A stretch of 64,000 nt of DNA from NCBI GenBank assembly GCA_946965045.2, contig OX337233.1, forward strand, positions 868,001 to 932,000, given 5' to 3'. Position 1 is the stretch's first letter. The number at the start of each line of letters is the position of its first letter. Position numbers and translations under genes: made by a program. This document shows, in pieces, positions 11,026 to 20,763 of this stretch. This DNA is from Epithemia pelagica (taxonomy: Eukaryota; Protista; Bacillariophyta). The notes under the pieces are model-generated. The model searched no databases. It was not told the origin of the DNA and saw nothing but the letters and a program-made list of their open reading frames with translations.

Positions 11026-12316
11026 AGTGGTCTCCCCGTGGTGCCTCCCCATAGAGAACCCCTCGTGGTTCTCAAGCACTCGAATGAGCCACGTTCATTC
11101 ATCCATTTCCTCAACGGCCTACATTCCCACCGTCCACCCGCATCTTGCGCTTGAGCGCGGCCAATTTAGCTTTGAACGCTTTATGCAACAGGACACGGAG
11201 AATCTACCTCCACACATCGTCCAATGGTCCTTTCTCGGCATGATTGTTCTTCATCCCTCCCTTGTCTTGTTTGAACCTGGTCCTCCTACGGCGCTACCGC
11301 AAGCACCCTACGATCGAGACCTATTTCAAACGCCCAGTCTATTAAATAACAACTGGCTCAGGCAAGTGTTGCCGTTCACATCCGCTGAGACTCGAGCGTC
11401 CCATGCAGAACACGCTGCCATTGATCTCCTTGATACGGCGACAGAGGCGTCCCTCCACCCTACGGCCCCCTTTCCCGCCCGCTTCTCTGGATCATTCTAC
11501 CATGCGGAACCAGTACGGAAAGCCCTCCGCACGTTTCGCTTCAGCTCCGGTCTAAACTTACATCACGACGATATCAGATCCCTGCATACTGCCCTTACTC
11601 CGTGGCATTTTTTGTGGTCCATCCCTCTCCCAGTAGAAGGACGAATTTCCGCGGCGGGTATTCCGTCCCCAACCTTAGCCACCCTCTGCCGAAACTTGGT
11701 ATTTTTTCTCAACTGTATGTTTACGAACGACGACTTCTTCCCTGCCTTTCCCCCGGGTTTCTCGCCCTTTCTGCTCCGGAGCCCTCTGGCAGGCAACCTC
11801 CTTTGGGCGGCATCAACACTTGAACACCCTCTCACTCGAGACACGTGGGCTTCCATCGCGTCATCAGATCCTGCCTTTGCCCTCTCCCTCACGGCTGGCG
11901 TCCTGTTTCACATCGGTGAACTCATCCAACAGTTTCTCCGTTGGAGCACCCAAAGCCGGGTCCAGTTGTCTTGCCCTGCCACCGATGACTCTGTCGGCTA
12001 TCTTCCCAAGTGTGCCCTTGTAGCAGATACTACTCCGTTCGGCATTTCCTCCAACAAGCAGTATTGCATTAATTGGAGGTCCACTTTCACTTCAATCTTC
12101 TCCCATCCGACAGTCCTGTCCCATCGCACCACCAATGCCATGGCACCGGTCTTAAAACACTCTCTCCCAACGTATTTCTCGGTCGCCGCTTCTGCCGATC
12201 GCACTAGTGATCGCTCTCGGCGCCGTCCGGCGGAAAACCCCTCTCCTCCGTCGGCCAACGAACGTCCCTCCCGTCGTCAATGCCAAAATCCCTCTGGGTC
12301 TACCCCTCCAGCCTGA
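10829..12316 (+). CDS. Gag-like ORF1, C-terminal part (probable frameshifted continuation)
   Basis: 495-aa ORF overlapping the previous one, starting just after a C homopolymer near 10786-10794. Confidence 0.5.
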   Translation: MVRPPQPTAPAPFQPTTQGYPPADIRPTPPPVIDLTHSEAPLPPSTVPYNPLVAQRQPWDSHVTNEVVSPWCLPIENPSWFSSTRMSHVHSSISSTAYIPTVHPHLALERGQFSFERFMQQDTENLPPHIVQWSFLGMIVLHPSLVLFEPGPPTALPQAPYDRDLFQTPSLLNNNWLRQVLPFTSAETRASHAEHAAIDLLDTATEASLHPTAPFPARFSGSFYHAEPVRKALRTFRFSSGLNLHHDDIRSLHTALTPWHFLWSIPLPVEGRISAAGIPSPTLATLCRNLVFFLNCMFTNDDFFPAFPPGFSPFLLRSPLAGNLLWAASTLEHPLTRDTWASIASSDPAFALSLTAGVLFHIGELIQQFLRWSTQSRVQLSCPATDDSVGYLPKCALVADTTPFGISSNKQYCINWRSTFTSIFSHPTVLSHRTTNAMAPVLKHSLPTYFSVAASADRTSDRSRRRPAENPSPPSANERPSRRQCQNPSGSTPPA

Positions 12317-12813
12317 GCTGCAGAGTGTCGCAAAGCGCAGGTCCCTCTCCTTCATCTCAATGAGACGGGACGGCAACAATACACACATCCAGGTAAGCTT
12401 TTTGCCGCCCATACGGCCGATGTTCCCATCCCGAAATGGGATGGCAAACAATTTTGTTTCATGTTCTGCGACAGGTTGTCCGCCGGAGGTTGTAACCGCT
12501 CGCGTCGCTGCCCTCGCCATCATGTCTGCCTATCTTCTGAAGAGCGCTCCAAGTGGTCACAAACGGCGTTGCGCCCTTTGTGCCTTTGTGGGAGTTTTGT
12601 ACCCACCCACGCTTCCGTTCTTGTCTGGCTGTTACATCTGCATTCCGCGCCTTCATGGCCGATCCACCCTCGAGCACTCCTCCACCCGTTGCTGCCCCCG
12701 CCCCGCCGCCCCCTTCGTGACTACCACTTCCACTGGAGTCCTCCTCACCTTCCGCTCCGACAACCACTCCAATGGTGCCCGACTCCTCCTTCTACCCCAA
12801 CACAGTCCAGTAG

Positions 12814-15162
12814 TTGTCCTTGCCTGTCCTATCCATCAGTCCCGACCTGCCATCGACGATCCCACCGGCTCACCCCTCTCGGCGTCCCACCTTTTCCTCT
12901 CGGGATGTCCTACCCAACGTCTACAATTGTTCAGACCATGCCAAACCACGCCTAAATTGCGTGCTGGCGATCATCCTGCCTTTCCTCACGGACACGGATC
13001 AACGCGTCCTCCATTCTGTGGGGCTGTCCCCGCGTTGGGGCCCTTTGCTCAATTGGCCTCTCTGGCCCCTCACCTTGCATCGGCGACGTTTCGGCTTTGG
13101 AGCCGACAATCCCATGGTCTCCGCATCGTATGCTCCCAATCCCAACAAACCTGGCAGTGCCGATACACCTCTGGATGTGGTTAGTCCGGAACTTCTCGGG
13201 CACTTCTGCTGGGATTTTCTTTCGGTGGTGGACAGGATTAACCTAGTTCGCTCTTCTCCTGTTTTTGTTTTCTACCATCGTCTGCGCCTCTCGGCCGCCC
13301 AGGGTGTCTCTTTGGCGTCTTGTAGATCTCCTCCACGCCTCGATCCGGATGCCCCCCTTCCTTTCCGCAAAGCCTATCTTCTTTCGGTGGCTCTCTGCAA
13401 GCAAAATTTCGTTTACGCTGATATGTTCCGCTGGTTAGGCGGAACATATAACAACAAGCACCGCTCTTTGCAACCGACGTTCGACGTGATCGACCGAGTC
13501 AAAGCCTTTGACCCCCATGACCGAACCTGGAGACTATTTCACCAGGGCGCCCCCCTCACCGGACATTTCTCTTTCGGCCGTACTTCAGTCGCCGCCCGCA
13601 ATCTCTTCGACAACTACAGTGGAGTCTACGAGAATTTTGACACCATCCTTGCCAAGTATAAAAAAGAAGAACAACTGCAGTATCACCTTTTCCTACCGTG
13701 CATTATGTGGCGTTTCTTACCGGGCCTTTTCATCGCCCTGATCAATTGGGTCGCTCCAAAACCACACCAACTTGGCGACACGGGTCGGTTATGTATCGAC
13801 CCCTCTTCCAAGATCAGTGTGTCTGACGACGGCAACCCAAACAGTCCAATTCCGGACGCAGGTCTCGACCCTGATGCAAACCCAAGCGTTGCCTATGGAA
13901 CGGCGTTTGAACGTTTTCTCCGATACGTTTATAATTTGAGATTGGACCACCCGGACGAAGATATCCTTCTGTCCGCCGACGATATCTCGGCGGCCTTTCG
14001 CCGTGTGAATTATAATCCGCAAGTCGCCGTGGTGTTTTCGTGTGTCCTTGATTGCTTCCTCATCATTCCGGTCGGAATGATATTTGGCGCAAAAAATTCT
14101 CCGTCATACTATATGACCCCTGGAGAACTGCGTGCTCACCTAGCACGACACCTTCCTTCCCTCAACGATGCCCGTACTCGCCTTGGCGATTCCATCGTTC
14201 TTCCCCCGCCTCCCACCCCAACCGACGTTGCAACTTTCGTGCGTGTGGAACAAGACGATCTTAACACCGGAGTCAGTGCCCTCCTTGCGTCCTCAAGTCG
14301 GAAACCCGCTTATGCTCCGTTCGTCGATGACACGGGTGGCGCTGCCATTCGAGCAAACATTCACGCCCTCGTGCACAACAGCATCTTGGCGGCCTACATC
14401 ACCTTTGGCGTCCCCGAGGAAGACCCCGGTCGTCCTGAGCCTATAAATCCCGTCAAGTTTGTTCGTCAGCTTTCCCATCAATTAAAGTTTCTTGGGTTTT
14501 TCATTGACACCCGCACGATGTCTATCACGTGGCCTCAACACACACGAGACCAGCTACGACTCTACTTAACCAATCTACTGGACACCGATGAAACCCCTTC
14601 CGGTGGACGACGGCTCTCCCCCCAATCTGCAGCTACCATTCTCGGTCTTGTCCGCCACAGTGCGACAGCCACTCTATTGGGAACATATTACACGCTCAGC
14701 CTGCAGTTCTCGCTCAATGATAATATTCGGTCGTCCGTGGCACAGGGACTGAACCCAGCCTCCACGCGATTTTGGCAGAGGACTCACTTTTCATTAAGCC
14801 GAGAAACCATTCTGGATCTTCGGGCCCTTCTCCATTTCCTTCCGGTATCAGATTCCGATCACTTCTGGTCCCGGCCCATTGGCCTGGTAATTCCTCGCGA
14901 GTCGCAATTCACTGTCCTTGGAGATGCGTCTATTGAGGGTCTTGGGGGCTGGCTCAACGAACGGTTTCCTTTTATGTGGCGGTTGACGAAATCCGACTTA
15001 GAAGCCATCGGTTTCATAATCCCAAAGGATATGCAAGCCATCAAAATCACGGCTGAAACTACCTCCGACACCACCTCCGAACCGTGGCACATCAACTTGT
15101 TAGAGTTCATCGTGCTTATCATTGATTTCTGGTTCATTCAAGTACTGGCACCCCAGCGGTGA
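12814..15162 (+). CDS. Reverse transcriptase plus the N-terminal half of RNase H (DIRS/Ngaro type)
   Basis: Motifs GRLCIDPS, ILLSADDISAAFRR, GMIFGAKNSPSYY, APFVDD, KFLGFFIDT; RNase H motifs GDASIEGLGG and HINLLEF. Confidence 0.92.
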   Translation: MSLPVLSISPDLPSTIPPAHPSRRPTFSSRDVLPNVYNCSDHAKPRLNCVLAIILPFLTDTDQRVLHSVGLSPRWGPLLNWPLWPLTLHRRRFGFGADNPMVSASYAPNPNKPGSADTPLDVVSPELLGHFCWDFLSVVDRINLVRSSPVFVFYHRLRLSAAQGVSLASCRSPPRLDPDAPLPFRKAYLLSVALCKQNFVYADMFRWLGGTYNNKHRSLQPTFDVIDRVKAFDPHDRTWRLFHQGAPLTGHFSFGRTSVAARNLFDNYSGVYENFDTILAKYKKEEQLQYHLFLPCIMWRFLPGLFIALINWVAPKPHQLGDTGRLCIDPSSKISVSDDGNPNSPIPDAGLDPDANPSVAYGTAFERFLRYVYNLRLDHPDEDILLSADDISAAFRRVNYNPQVAVVFSCVLDCFLIIPVGMIFGAKNSPSYYMTPGELRAHLARHLPSLNDARTRLGDSIVLPPPPTPTDVATFVRVEQDDLNTGVSALLASSSRKPAYAPFVDDTGGAAIRANIHALVHNSILAAYITFGVPEEDPGRPEPINPVKFVRQLSHQLKFLGFFIDTRTMSITWPQHTRDQLRLYLTNLLDTDETPSGGRRLSPQSAATILGLVRHSATATLLGTYYTLSLQFSLNDNIRSSVAQGLNPASTRFWQRTHFSLSRETILDLRALLHFLPVSDSDHFWSRPIGLVIPRESQFTVLGDASIEGLGGWLNERFPFMWRLTKSDLEAIGFIIPKDMQAIKITAETTSDTTSEPWHINLLEFIVLIIDFWFIQVLAPQR

Positions 15163-16645
15163 CCTCCCTGGTCTCTACCCTTCGGACGGACAACACCTCA
15201 GCCTTATCATGGCTCAAACATGCTGCCCGCACAAAGCGACCTACGGTACGGCGTCTCGCTCGTCTTTTCCAGTCCATGCTTTCTCATGCACCTGTTCCTG
15301 TAAAGCTTCTTTCTTTACACATAGCCGGGTCGGAAAACCACAACGCCGACCTTCTCTCCCGGCCATCCCTAGCGCCTTCGTGGGCATCCGTTATCGCGCA
15401 GTCGCGGCCTCCCTTGGATCACCGACTCGCCTACCAAGTCCCGCGCAAACTGCTCTCCGTGCTGTTGCTGACCTACAGGTTTCCTGCAACCGCGGATATA
15501 ATCGTCGAAAGAACGACGGCACTGTGGACACTCGCGCCCACCACTTTCATCGGTGGGCCGTCCGATATGGATACACAGTCCAACTACTGTCGTCCTTGAG
15601 CAACAACGAGTGCTTACAAACTCTCGCAATCTACGTTCATGACGTCGCCATTGGGGACAATGTTCACTACGATTCAAAAATGTCCTCGGATACCGTCTCC
15701 AACTACCTACACGCTGCTCGACTCTTCCTTCAGGTCTGTCGTCAGGCTCCGGTCAACACCATGGATCCATCTCGTCCTGGTGCCCTGCACCCTTTGCTGG
15801 CTGATCAACTCGCCTTTCGGTCTCGGTGGTCACGGTCAAATGATCGTCGAGAACCTATCACTGCTCCCACTCTCGCGAACTTATCTTCCCGTCAAGCCCT
15901 CTTGTCGACTGACTCCCCCCTGGGACACACCTATCTTCTTCCTGCCGTTTTTGATTGGTTGTGTCTCGCCTGTTTTACGGGCTCTCGCCCAGGCGAGTAC
16001 GCACAAATGAGTGGATCGAAAACAACCTTCTCCCCCGTTCCCAAGTGCCCCAACGACCCATTTTGGGAAGGCAAGCCTGTGGCGTTCGTCGCCTCGGAAT
16101 TCATGTTTTTGTCACCAACCAACCGTATTATCCCTCACGGTGATCTTCCTACTACGCCACTCGAAGCCGTGGCTTGCGTCCGCATTCGGTTTCGACACGA
16201 TAAGTCGTCCACCAACTTTTCCAAGCGTTCGTTTTACAAGGCAAATCATGCCTTCCTTTGCCCAGTCCGGGCCTCTCGTCGAATTTTCTGTCGGGCCCAC
16301 ACGCTCAAACTCTCGCCCTTCTGGCCACTAGGCTCTTATCGGGACAACAAAGCCGGCAAGACCTTTCTTCTTCGCTCGACAGACATCATTAAAACTCTTC
16401 GTGTTCCCTGTAAGCTGGCCCATCCGTGCCCGAATGACTACCCTCACAGGCACGTTCATCTTCTGGTAGCTCACTCTACCCGAATTACCGCCGCTGTCGC
16501 CCTTGCGAACGCTGGTGCTTCTCCGGATGTTATTGCCCATCGGCTTCGATGGCACCGAGATTCAGTCGAACATTATCTTCGCGACTGCTCTCGTGCTGTG
16601 GGTCTTCTCACCCAACAGGCCATTGCCGGCGTACTCCTAATCTAG
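15122..16645 (+). CDS. Tyrosine recombinase (true start probably downstream, near 15.5 kb)
   Basis: Catalytic-type motifs FTGSRPGEY (R), RHDKS (K), HSTRITAA (HxxR), HRLRW and VEHYLR (Y). Overlaps RNase H, as is typical of DIRS-like elements. Confidence 0.92.
   Translation: MISGSFKYWHPSGDLPGLYPSDGQHLSLIMAQTCCPHKATYGTASRSSFPVHAFSCTCSCKASFFTHSRVGKPQRRPSLPAIPSAFVGIRYRAVAASLGSPTRLPSPAQTALRAVADLQVSCNRGYNRRKNDGTVDTRAHHFHRWAVRYGYTVQLLSSLSNNECLQTLAIYVHDVAIGDNVHYDSKMSSDTVSNYLHAARLFLQVCRQAPVNTMDPSRPGALHPLLADQLAFRSRWSRSNDRREPITAPTLANLSSRQALLSTDSPLGHTYLLPAVFDWLCLACFTGSRPGEYAQMSGSKTTFSPVPKCPNDPFWEGKPVAFVASEFMFLSPTNRIIPHGDLPTTPLEAVACVRIRFRHDKSSTNFSKRSFYKANHAFLCPVRASRRIFCRAHTLKLSPFWPLGSYRDNKAGKTFLLRSTDIIKTLRVPCKLAHPCPNDYPHRHVHLLVAHSTRITAAVALANAGASPDVIAHRLRWHRDSVEHYLRDCSRAVGLLTQQAIAGVLLI
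15159..15599 (+). CDS. RNase H C-terminal half (out of frame with RT)
   Basis: Motifs LRTDNTSALSWL and HIAGSENHNADLLSR. Confidence 0.85.
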   Translation: MTSLVSTLRTDNTSALSWLKHAARTKRPTVRRLARLFQSMLSHAPVPVKLLSLHIAGSENHNADLLSRPSLAPSWASVIAQSRPPLDHRLAYQVPRKLLSVLLLTYRFPATADIIVERTTALWTLAPTTFIGGPSDMDTQSNYCRP

Positions 16646-16698
16646 AACTCCTATTTTTCCTTGTTCAACAGTAGTTCTCACTATTATTTCTACTTTCG

Positions 16699-17232
16699 TT
16701 ACATATGTTGGTGCCATCCACCCCGCCCAAATTGCATTCCGGCCGCACGCCGACGATCCCGGGCCCGTTCGATCACCTCTACGTTTCCGAATGCCCGTTG
16801 TACCGTTTGACCACTATCCGTTACAACATGCACTCGGGCCTTGGTCACCCGAGCCACGATGCCCACCTGGTCACTCTCGCTCCACTCCTGCTCCAGGCCA
16901 GGCAACACATAGTTCAAGATCTGAACACGGTCGCCTGTCCTTGCGCGTCCCACTGCCGCTCCCAACCCAAATCGACCTCCCCCACGAGCGCCGTTCCTTC
17001 CAGCCTGGCCCCGTTGTGTCTCGCCTTGATTTCTCGGCGTCCCTGCCCGACTCCTGGGAGTGCCCGCCTGACTACGCGGCGTCTCCGGCTCAACAACACC
17101 GACTCCCACCGCAGGCGCACCACCATCTCCCCGCAATTCCTGAATTCGATCGACTATCGCCCGTTCTCTTAAGTTCAACACAGCCAACTCCGCCACCAAC
17201 CGGTCCACCTCTTCTTCCCTTGCTCTCGTCAT
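16699..17232 (-). CDS. Hypothetical protein: N-terminal coiled-coil plus KOW/SH3-like beta-barrel motif
   Basis: ATG-initiated 177 aa. TGDRVQILN...GIVARVTKARVHVVTDSGQTVQRAFGNVEV has a KOW-like pattern (by eye). Converges on the YR stop across a 53-bp AT-rich gap. Confidence 0.6.
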   Translation of the reverse strand: MTRAREEEVDRLVAELAVLNLRERAIVDRIQELRGDGGAPAVGVGVVEPETPRSQAGTPRSRAGTPRNQGETQRGQAGRNGARGGGRFGLGAAVGRARTGDRVQILNYVLPGLEQEWSESDQVGIVARVTKARVHVVTDSGQTVQRAFGNVEVIERARDRRRAAGMQFGRGGWHQHM

Positions 17233-17244
17233 TACGCTCCCCCG

Positions 17245-18501
17245 CTACTCCTCTCCTTCACACCAATCCTGGTCAATCTCCTTGAAGGAGGACGGAGACG
17301 ATGGCAATTCCTCCAAATCCGTCGTAGCCCGAGCGTTGCTCGTGGCAGCCGCAGCCCTCTGTGCACTTTCCGGAACCGCGGATGTTCCCTGTGCAGTATT
17401 CCCCTTTTTGTCGGTCTTTCCGGCTTCTTTGGTATAGCGCCTCTGCCTAGCGGTCGGTGTAGCCGCTGCCTTATCGCTTGCCTCCTTGCTCTCGTCGACT
17501 CCTGAGCTCGCGGAATGCACCGTCACCTCCTGTGGTGGCGTCTTGGGCGCCCACCGTCGTGTCGCTCGTTTCACAGGTCTCGAACCCGACGAAACACTAT
17601 CCTTGTCCCACGCAACGCCAGTCGGTTGCTTCTTCGTATTAGGAGACGCCATCGCTAACCAGGAACGCAATGCTTCTTGCTCGCCCTGGTCAAATCGAGT
17701 TTCGTCCACCTCCACTCGATGCTTACTCTTCTTGTCCCCCCCCCCCCTCGTTCGTTTACAGGAACAGGAACGGGTAATGCGCGACGTTCCACGTTCTTGA
17801 TCAGCACTGCTCGAAAGGCCTCAACTTGCTCCTCCAACTGCTGGTCTGGAGTTTGCACGTTCAAACCAAGTCCGCACAACTCGGAAAACAACGAACGACG
17901 GTCCTCGGGGTGTGGAAACAAACGTTCCAACGCCCCCACCAAGCTCAAGGTTTGCCTTGACAATCGCCCTTTTGCGCTCTTGACGTTCCTTCCGGCGAAT
18001 CTCCGTCACCAAGGATTCAAACTTCTCCTCGTGGAGCTGGTACAGGCGCCACACCTGGCGACTTTCCAAATTGCACGCCTGCTGTCATTCCAACAGCTTC
18101 AACTCCTGGGCCTCTTCCAACTGACGCAGCTCTCTCGCCTGACTGACACGCAATCGCTCGCACTCAGCGGCACGAGCGTCGGATCTCCGCAATTAAGCAA
18201 TGAACTCGGCCGTCTGTTCTCTTTGAACCGTGCCCGCCTCGGCAATCAGTTCATTCAGACGCTTAGTCTCTTTTTTAGCTCCTCCTTTGGCTGGGGAACT
18301 CATTGCGCTGCAAGATCTTTGACTGCACCTCGAGTCCCCACCCCACCGGTCTATCCAGCTTACAACCTTGACACATTTGCCATGTTTCGCGGGTGGTTGG
18401 TCAGGTAAGAAGACAGGTGGTCTAGACGCCAGAGTGTTGTTCCACACCCTAGCGTTCTCCTCTGGTTTGGCCTCCGGTAACTTCGTTACCGCAAGCCACA
18501 A
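17245..18501 (-). pseudogene. Decayed coiled-coil/low-complexity ORF, in frame with 16699-17232
   Basis: ORF pieces 18193-18501, 17821-18069 and 17245-17715 share one frame. Stops at 18193 (TAA), 18085 (TGA), 17821 (TGA) and 17245 (TAG). E/R/K/Q-rich heptads. Confidence 0.55.
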
Positions 18502-18607
18502 TCAACCAGAGAGATAGTCTTCCTCACTCCAACCAACACACGCTACCAAGCAGGGCGACAGCAGGCAATTGTACCAGACGATTGGGTCAATTGACCGATG
18601 CCCATCA

Positions 18608-18846
18608 GAAAAGGGGAAGGGTTATAGGGATAAGCACGACCACTCGACCAATAGCGCTATTGGTCGAGTGGTTGGGCTTATCCCTATAACCCTTCCCCTT
18701 TTCAAAAGATAACACTGGGGGGCCACATTGGTGGACACTGCCCCAGGAAATCTAACACTGGGGGGCCACATTGGTGGACACTGCCCCAGGAAATCTCCGC
18801 CCCTCCTGGAAGGGACTCGCACTAATTGGTTACCGATGTGGCCCCC
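18608..18846 (+). repeat. Foldback element, copy L: 96-bp palindrome, TIR extension and core (right end missing)
   Basis: GAAAAGGGGAAGGGTTATAGGGATAAGC..ACCACTCGACCAATAGC|GCTATTGGTCGAGTGGT..GCTTATCCCTATAACCCTTCCCCTTTTC at 18608-18703. A 43-bp tandem duplication lies at 18711-18753 and 18754-18796. Confidence 0.95.
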
Positions 18847-18939
18847 TTAACGTGGTAGGTTGGCGCCGAATCTGCGATACCTCATGCTCTACTGGCTTAC
18901 TCTTAGGCTTTACAACGTCAGTCGCTACCAAACTCTACA

Positions 18940-19182
18940 CACTCGCTACAAATTTGCTTTTCCACAGGGACAGGATGCTTGACTTTGGCCAACCTAGAAC
19001 CTGGACGGATCACACCTCGGTCGAAATACTACGCAGTGAAGATGCACTGGTTTCGACAACATATAAGCGATCGGCTGCGAGTCGTCAAAGTTGATACGAC
19101 ACAACAGCGCGCCAACATTCTGACCAAAGGTCTTACCCAATCCACGTTTGAGCACATTCGGAAGCTCCTCTGTGGATGGTGA
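18940..19182 (+). pseudogene. Ty1/copia (CoDi-like) RNase H C-terminal fragment
   Basis: EPGRITPRSKYYAVKMHWFR...DTTQQRANILTKGL...IRKLLCGW*. Confidence 0.9.
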
Positions 19183-19243
19183 CCACCAAATCTATTCTCA
19201 CAATTTACATCTTTAAAGTCCATTATCTCATCCGTGTTCGGCT

Positions 19244-19410
19244 GAGAGGGAGTGAAAAGGGTGCGACCTAATGGAGACTAGCCTAGAGCTGACTCACAAG
19301 GCCATACGTCAACTTGCCCAACCAGCCTCACACTTGGACTTACGCACTACTTGCATATCTTTTAGGAACGTACGAACTAGTTAATCTTCTATCATAATTT
19401 TCCCAATTCA
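19244..19410 (+). mobile_element. Copia polypurine tract and probable 3' LTR
   Basis: GAGAGGGAG at 19244-19252 is followed by TG at 19253. The end at CA 19410 is tentative because no 5' LTR is present for comparison. Confidence 0.55.
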
Positions 19411-19759
19411 TCCCCTTTTCAGGTTATGAGCCCAAGCATCACGCGATAAAGCCTGTTGCGAAAAGACCATAACGATTTCGGTGGACAAGTTCAAGCGTTC
19501 GACGTTGAGGAAATCCGTCTGAACTCTGAACGGCCGTTGAAGTCCAAGACCTACCAGTTTCGATAGCCAGTGTTGCATCGAACCAGGTGGTTTCGTTGCG
19601 ATTTTCCAGTGAATGGAAACCATAGCTGACTTCCTCAGACTCGGAGCAGCTGCTAACAGTGAAGACTCTGACTCTTCAAGAATTCCAGGCTGGTCCTCTG
19701 ACGAATCAAGCTTAAGTAGTATTGAAACAATGAGTACTAAGGTCGTTATAAACGGAGAG

Positions 19760-20080
19760 TAAGCCCGACCACTCGACCAATAGCGCTATTGGTCGAGTGG
19801 TCGGACTTATCCCTATAACCCTTCCCCTTTTCAAAAGATAACACTGGGGGGCCACATTGGTAACCAATTAGCGCGAGTCCCTTCTAGGAGGGGCGGAGAT
19901 TTCCTGGGGCAGTGTCCACCAATGTGGCCCCCCAGTGTTATCTTTTGAAAAGGGGAAAGATTGTAGGGATAAGCCCGACCAATCGACCAATAGCGCTATT
20001 GGTCGAGTGGTCGGGCTTATCCCTACAATCTTTCCCCTTTTCTAGTGGTCGGGCTTATCCCTACAATCTTTCCCCTTTTC
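19760..20080 (-). repeat. Foldback element, copy R (inverted core, outer left arm truncated, extra half-arm)
   Basis: Partial palindrome from 19760, core inverted relative to copy L, full 96-bp palindrome at 19947-20042, duplicated half-arm at 20043-20080. Confidence 0.95.
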
Positions 20081-20763
20081 ACCAACCTTCATTTTTGTTT
20101 TTTGTTCGCGGTTGCATTTTGCTGCTTGCTGCATCTCAATGTCCACTTTTCTCTGTTTGGACACTTTTACCGATGATTATTGTTGCATCTTTTTACACTG
20201 GTACCGAGGGTCATCATCAAAGTCACAAGGAGCCATGTTCTGCAGTGATAAGAGTGCAGAGTGCACCATGTACCACGAGAACCATCAACTGGGTCACAAG
20301 TCACGACGAGAAAGCAACTTTGCTCCATCAGCTCTCTGATTTTTACATTCGGAATTCGCATTTTCATTGTGCATTCCCAGATTTTCAGATGCCGGTTGGC
20401 ATCAATCTTCACTTCTGAGAACTGCCGCATTCGGAGCTCCGCAATTCGGTGCATATCATGAATCATACAACTCTCTATCTGCAAGTCGATGATGGTTTTA
20501 TGCTGGTCATATCACTCGGTACTGGAACATCATGGTGCCTCCTACTATACTTGTTCCGAAACATGTCAACGATGTCGGTTTCTCCCGTGGCTTACTGCCG
20601 TCTGTCATGAACTTGGATCAACTCTCCAAACACAAACTTCGATGGTTGATCCTCTCATAAAATCTGATTCCACAAGTTTGCCGAGCTAACTGCATCGAGA
20701 AACCTTATCAGATTTTGAGTGAGATACCGGCCGAGTAATCAAGAAACCACTGTTTGAAGTACC

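Larger units (their letters stand above)
9026..16645 (+). mobile_element. Ngaro/DIRS-like tyrosine-recombinase retrotransposon (termini not resolved)
   Basis: Overlapping gag-like ORFs, then RT, RNase H and YR in order. No methyltransferase domain seen. Confidence 0.9.

Noticed and set aside
18859-18870. TGGCGCC as a retroelement primer-binding site
   Set aside because: It is not preceded by an LTR and lies next to the 3' part of pol, which is the wrong position.
19411-19421. TCCCCTTTTCA as a further foldback end
   Set aside because: An 11-bp match with no adjoining arm sequence; may be chance.
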